Shown: piece after piece, positions 1 through 12,998 of the stretch
Numbering within the stretch: the stretch's first letter is position 1
Layout: each line of letters begins with the position of its first letter
Source of the DNA: Moniliella sp. 'wahieum'
Lineage: Eukaryota
Assembly (NCBI GenBank): GCA_003971905.1
Contig: RSEE01000001.1
Location: forward strand, 806,001 to 870,000
DNA length: 64,000 nucleotides
Direction: 5' to 3'
Made by a program: the position numbers and the translations under genes
The notes under the pieces: generated by a model
Told to the model about the DNA's origin: nothing
Database searches by the model: none
The model's input: only the letters and a program-made list of their open reading frames with translations

Positions 1-1140
1 AGCGACAACAAAAATGCCGAACGGTGGGATCCAAATAGGTGTACAAACGTTTCAAGATACTCGGGGGGAGTAAACGGGGATGAAAGCATATAGCTTGAGG
101 TAGAAGTCGACCAACAACTGCCGCGCCCGTGTCTGAGGGTCGGGCACACTGGCACCCACAGGGAGCTTTGAGTATCCACTCCGGGTAGAAAATTAGGAAG
201 GGACCCAGACGCCAGAGGAATTGGCTGTCATTGGAGGCACAACGGTGCGGTGGTGCCGAGTTGAGTGGGTCCGAAAAGGGTATATCGTGTTTGATCTGGT
301 CGGTCAGCTGGGACACAGCCTCAGCTGAAAAGCCCCCGCATTCGTGGAGGTGGTAGGCTCGACTGTCCCGCTGCCAAAAGGGCACCATTCAGCACTGGCG
401 GCTGGGTGGTCCCTCCCATGAGCCAGGAGAGGAATTGCTGTTGCTGCTGTGCTCCGCAGCTGGCTGAGGGGCAACGTTTGTAGTCGTGTCAAAGGTGGGC
501 TGTGCCTGATCTCCATTCATGTTCAAACGATCCAATGCAATCGAAAGGAGTGGGTTGAAGCTGGATGGGTTGGAGCCAGGCTGGGGGGAGGTCGTGTCAG
601 GGGGTTGGACGCGGAGATAGCAGGAGAAGGGTTGAGCTCAGCAGCGGAGGCGGAGGAATCCAATGCGTTTCCCTGGCTCCGGGTACCCTCCTGGGCCGGA
701 AGGCCTCCTGGAGGGCATTGATATCGTAGGATTGAAGGCTCAGGTCGACGGGCTGCTGGAACGAGCGCAGTTGGGGAACGAGCCCAGGGACACGGACATT
801 GTGCGGCAAGTTGGACAGGCTGAGCAGCTCATTGAGATGGGACTGGACGGGGCGGGATCAAAGTGCTTGCGCTTAGCACCGCGGCGAGAGGCCGTGTAGA
901 TGCACTCTTGGTCTTGCTTATGCACGTCTTGCACGGCTGCTTGCCGTCGCACTTGGACTTGCGCGCACGGCAGAAGAGGCAGGCGGCTTTGACGGGGGGG
1001 GCCGGGCGGGCGGCGGGCGGAGACGCGCTGGCACCGGAGCTGGCAGACTGCTTTTCTTCGCCTTCGAGTTTGATGCGCTTGGCAGCGGGGTTCGCTGGGC
1101 GCGGGCTGGATGCCGGCGGGAAGGAGGGGGGTGATGGCAT
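1..1140 (-). CDS. Zn(II)2Cys6 fungal transcription factor, 5' part (gene runs off the left edge)
   Basis: ATG at 1140 (MPSPPSFPP...) leads to ACLFCRARKSKCDGKQPCKTC, a Gal4-type zinc cluster. The frame shifts near 900 and the sixth Cys (QEC) lies in the adjacent frame. Confidence 0.8.
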
Positions 1141-1459
1141 GGTGATGGTGGTAGGAGCTTCGGGAGTGACTTGGTGCGGTGATGGATGGCCCAACCTGCC
1201 CAGCCCAGGGAGACAAACGTCAAGGAGCCAAGACCGGGCACAAAACTGAACGTTCAGTTCAGGTGAACGGTGAGCCGAGCGCTGACTGCTGACTGTCCGC
1301 CTCCTGCGCGGCGGAATAGGCGCTCGTCCAGTCGGGCGGAATGAGTCGGGCGAACGCCCGTGCGTATAGCTTGGGCAGCCCTGCCCCACCCCAACGCAGA
1401 AACACCAACACCTCGACGCCGGCGATGCCGCTGCACGTCTGTGCGGGAGGCCTATCACC

Positions 1460-2815
1460 TGTACTCATGTCCAGCTACACGGCTCACTACTTGTATCTGG
1501 GAACAGTCGGGCATCCCCACTCAATACAAGATACAGATTACTCGTCCTTTTGAGCCGTCTACGCGAATCTTTCAGCGGCACTGGGCAACGCTCGAGATGC
1601 GGTATGGATTGGTCCATGGATTTATCTCCTGGGTCAGCGAGGAATGGAACAAGAGCTCGACGTCCTATCTCGAGCACGTGAAGGCGAAAACCAAGGAGGA
1701 GATCGAGGAGGCTGCTATCTTGGTAGCCGAGTCAAGCCAAGCGGGAGGGGGTAGAGCTAGCACATGCCCACCTATTTGCACGCCCAGAACTTACTCAGTT
1801 CGACTTTCATTCACTCTCGCGCCAGCTGGGCGGGATTGAGCAGATATGCGCAAAGAAGTGGGGCGCAATGCGATTGTGATGAGAAAACCCCAACAGTCTG
1901 CCTTTCAATCCTGGACGACGATGGCCACAACCGCGTGCACCAACAAAAGGCGTGGTACGCACCAACTGTCTCGATGGCCCGACCGCACCAAGGTGGTTCA
2001 GGAATACTTCTCTCAACTTTCATTACAACTCTTCTCACACGTGCTGCCGAGAGACCAATAATGCGTTCATCTCCATGAATTCCCTAGTTACCCGTTGTGG
2101 ACGGCGTTGAGGCATCTTTGGGGCGCAAATGGGGACACACTCTCTCTTATTTATACTGGGATGGGTGTCCTCAATACCTCGTTCACTAAAAGTGGAAGGA
2201 AGATGCTCGGTGGTCTGCTGGACAATACAGTCAAATCAGTTTCGAGGACGTACATGACGACGTTCCAAGATAAAGGACCGACGAAGCATGATTGACCTCT
2301 TGTTGGGGCAGATGCCGAACCAGGCCTCAGTCCAGATCCTAGATTTCATCTATGTCGCAATCGAGGCCAAACTCTCGAACCCATGGCCGAGTTCTCCAGC
2401 CAAAAGCAAGTTTACGTTCCGTTGGGTCCGTTGGGAGTTGGGATATAGGAGGGAAACTGTCTGACGCCAAATCCGTTGGATCGTGGCTGCGACCATCACC
2501 CCACATTGCCTCGGGAAACTTCATGGTTGACCTGGAGGATATTGTCCAACTCCATGCCCAGCAAATGTTGATGGCTGACTCGACCCCGCGGATGAGATGG
2601 AAAAATCTGTGATTGGGCACGTTACGCGCAACGCATGGAACCGAGAAGGGCGGGTACCTATGTTGTCTTGCGTAGTGAGCAGCTTGTCGGCCCAGCTCAG
2701 TTGGTCATCGTGCGTGAGGACATTCTGGCCCATATCCGTGCTGTCGAAATGGGCACAGAAAAGACGGGACTCAAGGGAATGAGAGCGGCAACAAGAGCGG
2801 GGTGGCGGTCCGGGG
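1460..2815 (+). pseudogene. Decayed internal fragment of a synaptojanin-like (Sac1 + inositol 5-phosphatase, Inp52/53-type) gene
   Basis: Ordered motifs across shifting frames: HVQLHGS..WEQ, QITRPFE...RYG, GVVRTNCLDG-DRTKVVQ (canonical RTNCLDCLDRTNVVQ), LWGANGDTLSLIYTGMGVLNTSFTKSG, GSWDIGG...EDIVQL, YVVLRSEQLVG, KTGLKGM-SGNKSGVAVR. Many non-conservative substitutions; N-terminus and catalytic C-terminal half of the 5-phosphatase are absent. Confidence 0.8.
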
Positions 2816-3798
2816 GTCAATGTTAGTACTAGGACGCAAGAGGAAAGTAGAGTCCAACCGCACCGCCTTGGAGGCAGAAAAGCTTCAAGGCTGAAGTTTT
2901 CCGGGGTACCAGTTACCAGGCCCGCAAAGCGGTGTCGGGTCATTGAGGTCATCAAAAGCCCGAGAGGTCACCCTACGGGTCTCCCTCAGACGAGAGAGCG
3001 TCAACTACGGGGGGTTGGCATGCCATAGAGAAGTGATGGCAGCGACCACATCATCCTTCCTCTCCACTCCCACTCGACCGTCACGTTGCATGGGAATCGC
3101 GACGACGACGGGGCGCTCGACCTGGCTCTCACCCTTCATCCGATCTCCACCGTCTCGCCCGACGTACATCTCGCATGATGTCGATCGGGCAAGTGCGACA
3201 TGGGAGCATTGCAGCGAGGAGGCAGAGGCACAGTGGCTACAACTCCAACTAAGAACGGCAGGGCATGTCAACCTTCTGGTGGAGAGTGAATATGCTGCAT
3301 TCTATACCAGTACGGCTGGGTCGGGGTTGAGCTCTTCGCTGCGTGACAGGCTGTTCTCTACCCGAGAGCATACATGTACATCCTAACAATACGCAAGACG
3401 GCGCAGCAGAAAGAAAAGGGGAGGGGAGGTGGGTGGGGGGGTCGGACTGTGGTCTTCGTTTTTGGCAGCGCAACAGCAGCCACTAGTCCATCCAGGCCAC
3501 TGTACCGCCCGCATTATGGGATAACCAAGAACGAGAAGCTGGAATGAGGCCAATACGGACACGATGGGTAGGATGCAGGTTACCATTACGACAAAACTCG
3601 ATGGTAGGTCATGGGGTCCAAGGTGGTCAATGCAGCAAGCCAACGAGGGAATAAGAGGGCCAACCAGGAAACGACAAAGATTACTTGTAGGGAGGGGGCA
3701 TGGAGACAGCGGTGGGGTGCAAAGGGTGCGTGGTGAAGAGGGCGGCGAAACGGCAAGTCGGATGGGGATAGATAGCAAGGAAACGCAACGCCCGCCCG

Positions 3799-5490
3799 TC
3801 AAAGGGGGGCAGAAACAGCCGGTGCAGACGGAACCGCCTGCGCCTGGTCGTCGAGGTAGGCGCAGTACAGCGTAAGAAAGCGGACCTGTTCTGCCGTCTC
3901 GATCGCCTTGGAAGAGCGGCGTTGCGGATGGCCTGGATGGCTTGGTAGGCGGTGGCCATGTGGCCGGAAAGCGGGGGCTCCCCTTGCGACGCGGCCCGGG
4001 CATGTGCCTGCGCGAGGGGAGACAAGAGGGCTCACCGTGCCTATGCTCCTGGCAGCAGCATGGAACGAACCACAGGGGCCCCCCTCTGCTAACGGAGGCT
4101 GCGGCGGCACCAACCCCATCTTGAGCATCCAGGCCGCTGCAAACAAGCCCGCCCGACCCACCCCACCACGACAATGTGCCAGCACCGGCACACCGCGCAA
4201 CGTGTAGTCCATCACGATCATTGTCAGGGCACGGTCAAAGGCCGCTAGGTCCGGGGGCGCGTAGCCCTCCGCGAGCGGGAGACGAATGAGGTCCAAGCCA
4301 TGCGCTTCTGCCGCAGCTTCGTAATAGCCCAGCTCACACCCAAAAAGGCCAGCTCCACATCGTCCAGAAAATACCAAAGCGCCACCCCCAGCACTAGCGA
4401 TCCGCCCACGTCGCGATCAATGTCCCGACAGATCGTTCCCCGCCCGCCGACCGGCCGGTCAAGCGCACCTTTTTGCCAGGAAGAGGATAAGAGTAGGTTG
4501 CGATTTGGGGTCCCAAGGGGGGTGGGGCGCAGTGTGCCGACAGCTCCGAGGCCCGTCAAACTGGCCAGGTCCAGGGTAGGGGGAAGGCGGACGAGCGTTG
4601 GCCTTGTCGCTGCAAGTTGCTGTGACGCCTCCGTATTGATCCCACATGGGCCCGGGAGGGACCAAGGCGCCGGGGCGGCAAGGGCTTGTTTGACTGCCGC
4701 AGGCAGACGCGGAAAAGACGGCACTGGACACGGCTGGGAGAGCTCGGGAGGAACAATGGGTGCTCATACTACAATCGGGTCAATGTCAGCTCGGCTCGCG
4801 GCTCGGGCAGGAAAAACAGCAAGCAGCAACCTACCTCACCGGGTGGGTCTGGACGTCTTGACGGCCAAGCCTGGAGAGCAGCAACAGTAGCTGCGTCGGG
4901 CATGCTTGTCCTGCTGGAGCGGGCGGGACAGCCCACTTGCCTTGGCTATGGCTGACTTGTGTGCCTCCGCCAGCGTGGGCTCATACAGCTCCTCACCCTG
5001 CCCATCCCCTCCTCAGGCGGATACACGGCCATGCGCCGAGCACGGGGGGGCTTGTTACGACGGAGTGGCGATCTGACGCAGCAAGGTCGGCTGCGCGCTG
5101 CGACTCATTCGCCTGGGGCCGGGTGGTGGGGTCGATGAGACTGGCGGGGAGGTAGGCCCAGGGGGCGCCGAGTGGGCCCCATTTGAGCTGACTGTAGGCA
5201 CTGAGTGGTGTGTTGCTAGCCATCGCGCCGGCATCCAGAAGCAAGGCCGCGTCAATATGGTTGCTCGCTTGGACGGCCCGGAACGCAGTTTGGACGCGCA
5301 GGTCGCGCATGGCATAGTCCCGCTCGGCAGGGAAGTGGGCAGCTGGCTGGCCAGGAGATGCGCTGGCTGTTGCTCCGGGAGAGGAGGTGGGGGGGGTGGC
5401 CACCGAGGTTGCAACCGAGATGCCCATGGCGGGAGAGGCGGGCGATGCGGTCTGGGGTGGGGCGGGCGTGTGGACGGTGGGGGTGCTCAT
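3799..5490 (-). CDS. CX5R protein phosphatase (CDKN3-like / dual-specificity family)
   Basis: Active-site motif VLAHCRGGVGRAG, upstream NLLLSS...GRGTICRDID...LDDVELAFLG, downstream AIETAEQVRF. Probable ATG at 5490; several frameshifts. Confidence 0.8.
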
Positions 5491-5681
5491 TTGGAAGAGG
5501 CTGGCGATTTCGGACGAGGGGGGGGGGGCAGGAGTGGGGCAGCCGTGAGAATGCAGGGCTTGGGTGGTTTGGTGGCAGCGAGGCAGGAGGGAGAAGGAAG
5601 GAGAAGGTGGGGCGGCGGGGACGGTGCTCAGACCGAAGGACTGGGTCACGGGGACAAGGCGGGATGGAGGGTGATGGTGAT

Positions 5682-5734
5682 GTGATGGTGATGGTGATGG
5701 CGATGGCGATGGCGATGGCGATGGCGATGGCGAT
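5682..5734. repeat. (GTGATG)/(GCGATG)n hexamer microsatellite
   Basis: Tandem run visible directly, upstream of the phosphatase gene. Confidence 0.9.
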
Positions 5735-5943
5735 AGCAAGGGCGGGGGCGATGCTGTGCGCCAGGAGGCAAGGGTTAAGCGGCGGGGACGAGGCGGGTGG
5801 GCGTAGCGGCTAGCCGATAGTGGATGGGCACGGGAGAGAGCAGAGTCAGCGGTCAGTGCTAGTGATTTGTGCCATCCATCTCATCGGTGTGGTACGCATC
5901 ATGCATCGCTAGCCAGTTGCCGGTTGCTAGCCAGTGCGTTGCG

Positions 5944-5971
5944 ATGCATGATGCATGATGCATGATGCATG
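5944..5971. repeat. (ATGCATG)4 tandem heptamer
   Basis: Four perfect copies; a related array occurs at 61670-61695. Confidence 0.9.
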
Positions 5972-6746
5972 AGGCGTGCCAGGAGAAGTGATCTAGTGAT
6001 GCGCATGGCACGTGGCATTAGCGCGTAGCATCCACGCATCCACACGCAGCCCAGCCCCGGCTAGCCGAGCGCCGAGCGTCGAGCATCCACCCTGTCCTCT
6101 CCCAACCCTACCGGTGCGCGCGCTCCTGGCTGCTCGCTGCCCCACTGGGTGGCCACCAGCACATGCACACCGCCAGTCCAGCGTTCTGATCGCATCGCTC
6201 ACCGATGAGCTTACCCGTCACGCACCCTGCCTGTCTGCCTTTGTCCATGTCACCGATTCGCGAGGTCTAACGTTGAGTACTGAGGATTTCGTTGCTGACG
6301 TACGGCCGCGTGACGGTGTGAAGCGGTGGATATGTGCATCCGGTGCAATCGCCAATCGCCCATCCACGATCGCGCCTCGTGGATCGATGCAATCAGAGAG
6401 CATCCAGCATGCGCGGCTGCCACCCAACGTTTGACCGCTGACCGTCACGCGCCACAAGTCACCAGAGTCACTGGTTTCGTTCGCCCTCTTTCAGCACTCG
6501 CCTCGCTTGCGGTGCCCCGATGATGCAGATACGCTTGGGTGCGCAGCGCCAGTCGCAACCGCCCATCCTCCGCCCCCCTTGCAATCTCACCATGTGCTAC
6601 CTGCTGTCCCCAGACCCCATGCATCCAACAAGAGGGAAGAGGAGATCAAAACACAAAACTCAAGCGCGGTGCAGGCTGGCACGCGCGCGTACACAAGAAG
6701 TAGAACAAGCCTCAGGCGTGGGAGCGGCGGGGGCCCAGGTTAACAG

Positions 6747-7869
6747 TTAACAGTTGCAGCCAGACTGGGTGCTGTCGCTGTCGATGCGAATCGGGTCGGG
6801 GTAGTCGGCGTAGCTGGCAAAACAAAAACCAGGGCCCGGGTCAGTCTCACTCGCCCCAACAGAGAAAACAAGTAGCAAGTGCCACACCACGTACAGCTCC
6901 GTCTCGGCCTCCTGTTGCAGCGCGTTCTTGGCAATGGTTTGGAAGGCCTCGTCAATATTGATCGCCTCCTTGGCCGACGTCTCAAAGTAGGGGATGTTGC
7001 CCTTGGACTGACACCAAGACGTCGCTCGCTTCTGCGACACGGTGCGCTTGGATTCTTCACAGTCAATCTTGTTGCCAAGCACGACAAACGGGAAGTTATC
7101 CACGTCGTGCGGACTGGCCTGGATGAGGAACTCGTCACGCCAACTGTCGAGTGTCTCAAAGGACTTGGCATTGTTCACGTCGTACACCAGTACGCAGCAG
7201 TCGGCGCCTCGGTAAAAGGCAACTCCAAGCGACTGGAAGCGTTCCTGCCCGGCCGTGTCCCACAGCTGCAGAAAAGGAGTCAGCACACGCATCCCTCCCT
7301 GTTGCGCAGGTACACCCTACACACCTGCATCGTGACCGTCCGGTCGTCCACTTGACCTCGCGGGTCAAAAAGTCGGCCCCAATGGTTGCCTTGTACGCGG
7401 AGGAGAATCGGTTGTTGACATCTGGTCGACGGGAAGAGGGTCAGCGCTCAACCGTCAAGGCAGAGTAGTGCCTAGCAGCGGCATGGGTGGGATGAGGGAG
7501 GGGAACGTACATCGGTTCATAAGCGACGTCTTGCCCACGCTGGATCCACACAGCACACAGGTCAGCACCGCCGCCTGGGCCACAGTCACATGGGCCAGCA
7601 GGACAGAGGAAGGACGACGTACCCCGATCACCAAGGATCTACGGCGCAGAAACAAGGGAGGAAGGAGGCAAGGGTTAGTACGGCAGCGAACGGCGCCGGC
7701 GGATGGGCTAGCAAATGGGGCGAGGGGACATGATGACACACAATGACCTAGACACAGAGCAGCACGGTTAGTTGGGCACAGGGGGCACAGGGCACGCGAA
7801 GGCACAGAAGGCACAGACGGGAGGGGCAGGAGGACGCACCTTGAGAAGCACTTTCTTGCGGGAAGCCAT
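6747..7869 (-). CDS. YPT7: Rab7 family GTPase
   Basis: Exons encode [10 protein letters not shown] / VI / ILGD(S)G / VGKTSLMNR / [13 protein letters not shown] / [30 protein letters not shown], and a C-terminal GCNC prenylation motif. Multiple GT-AG introns. Confidence 0.97.
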
Positions 7870-8902
7870 GGCAGGCAGGTGGAGGGGCGAGAAGCGGGGG
7901 GGGGGAGGCAGGGGTGGTGGACGAAAGGCGATCGCGGCAACCCCTGTGGCCGATGTGGGTTGGGCTGGGCAGGCGGCGGGTGCGACGCAGGTGGGCGTCA
8001 GCGCTGAGGCGCCGAGGCCCAGCGGCCAATTGAACGTTCAACGTGCAATGTTCAGCCGGCGTGGGACGGAGGCACTGACGTACTGAGGCCAGAGGTTATC
8101 CGACAGGTGAGCGGCTGAGCAGAGACCTGCCTGACTAGCCTGGCTAGGGTCCTGTGGGCTACGGTCGCCTGAACGTTCAAGTGAACGTCGTCCAACCGAG
8201 TACTCGCATTGCGTAGCGTAAGCGCGGCTAATCAAAGCGGCTGCCGCGCGTGCCACCCAGGAGGCCGCTTCTGCAGCGCGCATCCCCCATCGACGCTCGC
8301 CCGCCGCGCGCTCAGCTGGCGCCTCAGCGGGCGCTCGCCTGCAACGCCCAGCCTCCCGGCGCTTCGAGCGCGCCGCGCGATACGTAATCCCGATCGGGTG
8401 CTGGCTGTCGCATGCTGCCGCTCAGCCATGCACGTGACGCTGGAGGGGTGCGGGTGGCCGTGCCGTCATGCGCTGGCCAAACACATCCCCACGCGTCTCG
8501 TCTCGTGGCTCGGGAGGGACCCTGGGCTACCTGCCCCCCACGTGGCCCCTGCATTCGATGCTTACGTGACCGGTGGAGGCACGGGGCAGCGCGCCCGTGG
8601 GGGTGCGGCCACACTGGCGCCGGGCGAGGACGGCGTGCGCGGCGGAACGAAGGCGGCGGCGGCGCGGGGGCAGTGGACGCGGCCACTGCTGCGGCAGGGC
8701 TGGGCGCGTGGGGTCGCGGGTGCCGCACGGGGCAGCGGACACCCGGCAGCGGTGCGCGGCAGAGGGCGGGAGCGGGCGCGACGCAAATTCCTCCCTCCTT
8801 CATTCCACCTCGTCCGCTCTCCGCCTCCGCCTTATTCCACCTGTCGACCCCGCGCCAGCGCCAGCGCTCTGCTCTCGACGCGTCTTGCCCTCCTTCACCA
8901 CC

Positions 8903-11900
8903 ATGAGCGACATGGACGACGCCGTTGCTGCCCAGGCTACGCCATTGCGCGTGCCCTTGCCGCTGCCGGCCAAGCCAGCACCGACGCCTCTGTCGGCCCC
9001 GACCATGCCCATGCCCATTCGCCTCCGACTGACCCGGCCGCGTCCGCGCCTCAACACGCGTCGGACCCCGCTCCCGACGCGCCCCCTGAATCGGGCGCCT
9101 CCGCCACCCCCCCTCCTCCCACGGACGTCGTCCCACTCCAACTCCACGGGCGCCGCTCTCGGTATGCCTGCCGTTCCTCAAGTTCCCGGCGCGTCGGTCC
9201 CCGAAGCGTCGACGCCGCAGTTGCCCTCGCCTTCGACCGCCATCGACCCATCGGCCGCGCCGCCGCCGCCGCCGCCTCCGGCCCCAGCTCCGGCCCCGGC
9301 GCCCGAGTCTGGCCCTGCGCCCTCCGACCCGCATTCAGCCAAGCCATCGTTCGTCCGCGTAGCCCTAGCCCCGACGACGGCGCCAACAAGCGTGCGCGCT
9401 TGGACGAAGAAGAACTGGTCAACATGCATGCCGATACGCCTCCCCCGCCCGACCTGCCCCCCGAGGCGGTGAGTACGACGGCTGCCCCTGTCACGACGGG
9501 CGCAGTATCGGAGGACATCGCGGCGCCGCATCCCGAGGGACAAGGGCTGACCCCTGCTCCCTTGGCCGATGTGTCTCAAGCCCAGAATCCCACGGTAAGT
9601 ACCACGGACACTCCGCCGCCGCCAGCGGTAGACCCGAATTTGCACGCGGCCTATGCTGCCGCGGCAAGTGCGGTTCCTGGCACGCAGCAGTACCAGGCGG
9701 CTGCTGGCCTGGCTCATTTTCACCTTGGCGCCCAAGGTCTCGCACAGCACCCGCATGCCAGTCACTTGGCCAAGGCGCGCACGACCCGGAGCAAGCGGCA
9801 GCAGTACGCGCGCGTGTCGTGCGAGGCTTGCCGAAAGAAAAAGAGCCGGTGCATTTTGCCGGCCGGTACGCACCCTACCGAGGAGCCGTTGATTGGCAAC
9901 GACCGGTGCCAGCGCTGCGTCAAGCTCAATTTGGTGTGCGTCTTGCGTACCAACGCGCGCCAACGCCAATCCACCGGACGCAAGTCGGACAAGGGACCCA
10001 CCTCCGTCGGTCTCACGCACGGTTTCCAGCCCCCTCTCGATCCCTCCCACTCGTCGAGCTCACCTACGCGCCAAAACCAAAACTTGCTGCCGCAACTGCA
10101 GTATGCAGCTGCCGCCGCCGCGGCCGATGGCCGGCACCAGCGGTCCAATTCCGTGTCCGCTGGCCGTCCCGAAGACAATGACTTGGCCTCTGAGGCTGCC
10201 AGCATGCGGCTTTTGGCCATGTTGGCCGTCAGTTCGCAAGAGGGCCCTGGTGGCGCCGAGCCGACGATCCCGCCCCCTGGGTCGCAGGACGACAACAGCT
10301 TTGCGTTTGACGCAACCATGCCGCAGCACATCTTTGATGGATCCGAGCTGTTGGCTGGCGACGCTGCCTCGACCAGCAAATGGCGGCTTGCTCAACCTCT
10401 CGACCGACGCGTCGTTTGCCAACGATGTCAACCTGAGCGATATGGACCAGGACCTGCTCAAGCGGTCCTCCGCCACATACGGCAATCCGTTCTCCCTTCT
10501 CTCGCTGGCATGCTGGAAGAAACCGTCGTTTGGGCTCAACCTCAAACCAAGCCCCCGCCTATCCCTTCCCTTACCGCAGCGACGGAGTTGTTGCAACTGA
10601 TTGATGTGGAGATGTCAGACGTGTTGCAGGAGAAGTACGTGTCCCTCCTGCTATATCAACGGGACGTTCACTGACCCTTTGAATTCCAGTCTCCGCCCGT
10701 CTTGTTGTTTTACCCACACCTCATGTCGATCGACCAGCTGCGCATGTCGCTTACGGGGGACGGATCCCCCGCCGCGACGTTGCTGCTGGCAACGCTGTAC
10801 TACATTGGCCTCACCAACCTCGTGACGGCGAAAAACCTGCTGGTAACCAAAGCCCAGGGTCACCCGCACTACTCGCGTTCCAAGACAGGTCCCGCCACCT
10901 TTGCTCCGCGCATGTCGCATCTTCAAATGCAGCTCAAGACGCTGATTCGCACCAAGGAGAAGAAGTGCTGGCCAACCCGAACCTGCACCAGAACGACGGT
11001 GGCGGCCCAGGCGCTGGAGCTGTTTGTTCTGTTACCACCCGTTGGCTTGGAGACGCATTGCGCCCATGCCGACGCCGAAAACGGGGAGCATAAGGCGCTG
11101 GGGTTAGGCCAGGATTTACTTTCGACGTCCTTGTGGATTTCGTCGCAGCTGGGCTCGGACAAGTTCTCCGCGCCGGCGTGCAGCAACCGATACTGGTCCT
11201 TGGCCACCAGCGACGCGGCGCTGGCGCGCAAGTGACCTCGGTCGACGTGCAAGACTTTTGCACCTCGACCCGTGCATATCGAACAAGCATCGGAACCGTA
11301 CCTGGTGGCTCATGCCATCAGCTGTACGTGCCGGAACATGAGATGACGGATGCGTTTCGGTGGAAGCGCGGCTTCGTCAGCTCGGCTTCCGCACCCTGTC
11401 CTTCCGTCTGGCCGTGCGCGGCCAGCTGCAGAAGGGGGAGGACGATCTACGTGACATTGTCGCGACGGAGCAAGCGACCAGTCCCAGCGAGGCGCTCACC
11501 AACGCCATCTGGGTCAAGTCGGAAGAGTACCGCCAAGCGATCCAGGACCAGTATTCGCAGTTTATCCAGCACCTTGGCACGTTCCGCGACTTGCTCACCT
11601 ACTGCTCCCGTACGTGCTTCGGTGCGTACCTTGGCCATGGTCGCCGAGCGAGACGCAGCAGGCGCAGGAACGCCTCATGCTCTCTGCCTCCTTCTCGCCT
11701 CGTTTATCGCTGCCGACTCGACGGCTGGGCTGACGAAGCGGATCGATACCAAGGTCGCCCAGGGGGACGCACCTGCGTGCGTTCGGGGCGCATGTGGAAG
11801 TGCACCGTCGGGCGATGCTGATGCGCATTTTGACGCTCGTTGTGGCCATCTCGGAAGCGGGGCGCGATCGATATTGTACCGCAACTGTTGCTCTGTTCTG

Positions 11901-12345
11901 CGGCGCTCCGCGCCGCCGTCAGCTTCACCGAAGGCATCTTTGGCCGTGTGGAATCGGGCAATGTGCTGGTAGCAACGGTGGAAGATGGTGTCCGCTGTTG
12001 GAGCAAACGGCGAACCAGTTGATTGGCGTGGGCGAGTTTAGTGGTTCGGGCCGACGCAAAATGTTCTCCTTTGGCGTGGCAGAAGGCGACGTGCGCTCGC
12101 TCGTGTCGGCGGTGATTGCCGGCTTGGCCGAGGGCCTACGACGGACGCATGTGCCGTGCTGGATTATGCGTTGATGAAGGCGGCGGATGCGCTGAGTGCC
12201 GAGCCGAAAGAAGGCGAGACGCAGGACAGTACGTCGGCGACGCAGACCTCCACTCGGCGGGAGATCTCCGACCCGGCCACTTGGCCCTCGTTCGTGCCCT
12301 CGGCAGCGGCGAGGGGAGTGGATCCCGGCTTTGGACGCGTTGTGA
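8903..12345 (+). CDS. Zn(II)2Cys6 transcription factor with proline-rich N-terminus
   Basis: SCEACRKKKSRC-x18-CQRCVKLNLVC at ~9817-9940; ATG at 8903; intron ~10635-10690; 3' end approximate because of frameshifts. Confidence 0.8.
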
Positions 12346-12998
12346 TCGAATTCGGGGATCGGTTGTTTCTTTGTTGTGCTTATGTGCCCCCCATGTCTGC
12401 TGTTGGTTTGAACCGGTTCTCTCCATTTTTTTCGTGCTTCATCTCGGGTAAGTGGTTGGTTATAGTCGGAAAGATAGATGCCCCTAGTTGGTAGGACAAA
12501 CCACCGTCAGTAGGTAGATCTGGGCCCGCGCTGGCTCGGGCAATGGCACACGACACGATATCGACTGACAGAAATCAAACAGCGTATCCTGGCGTCTGCC
12601 AGCGCTACCCCGCCGACCTGCCGGTGCCCCACATCCATCCATACCTTGAAGCTGAAGCTGAACCCTGGGGCCTGGACCATCTCCATACGAGGATGAACTG
12701 TACCTGTGTCCCACTGCGCCACGCACCGGCAGTCTTCCTCAAAGCATCCATGATGGGCTAGACTGGTAACCCATCCTACCGGTAGCGTTCTATGGTTACC
12801 ACAGGTCGGTCAGATATGTAAGGACACGCATGTTTGAACCAGGTGGATTTATGGGCTGCCCTCTCAGAACGCCTGCCGTACCGACCCGAGCGCGCAGCAC
12901 AGCGACGGAAAGCAACGTATGCGAGAGGGGAACAAAGAAACATGGGCACAGGGCAACAAACATGTGCCGTGCGCAGCGCAGTGGACGCGCCAGCCGGC

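Noticed and set aside
8209..8902. Long N-terminal extension of the 821-aa ORF and overlapping antisense ORFs
   Set aside because: Low-complexity Arg/Gly/Ala translation of GC-rich promoter or UTR; the ATG at 8903 has a better context (CACCATG).
12484..12780. Short ORFs between the zinc-cluster gene and SDH2
   Set aside because: Convergent 3'-UTR region with no recognisable domain.
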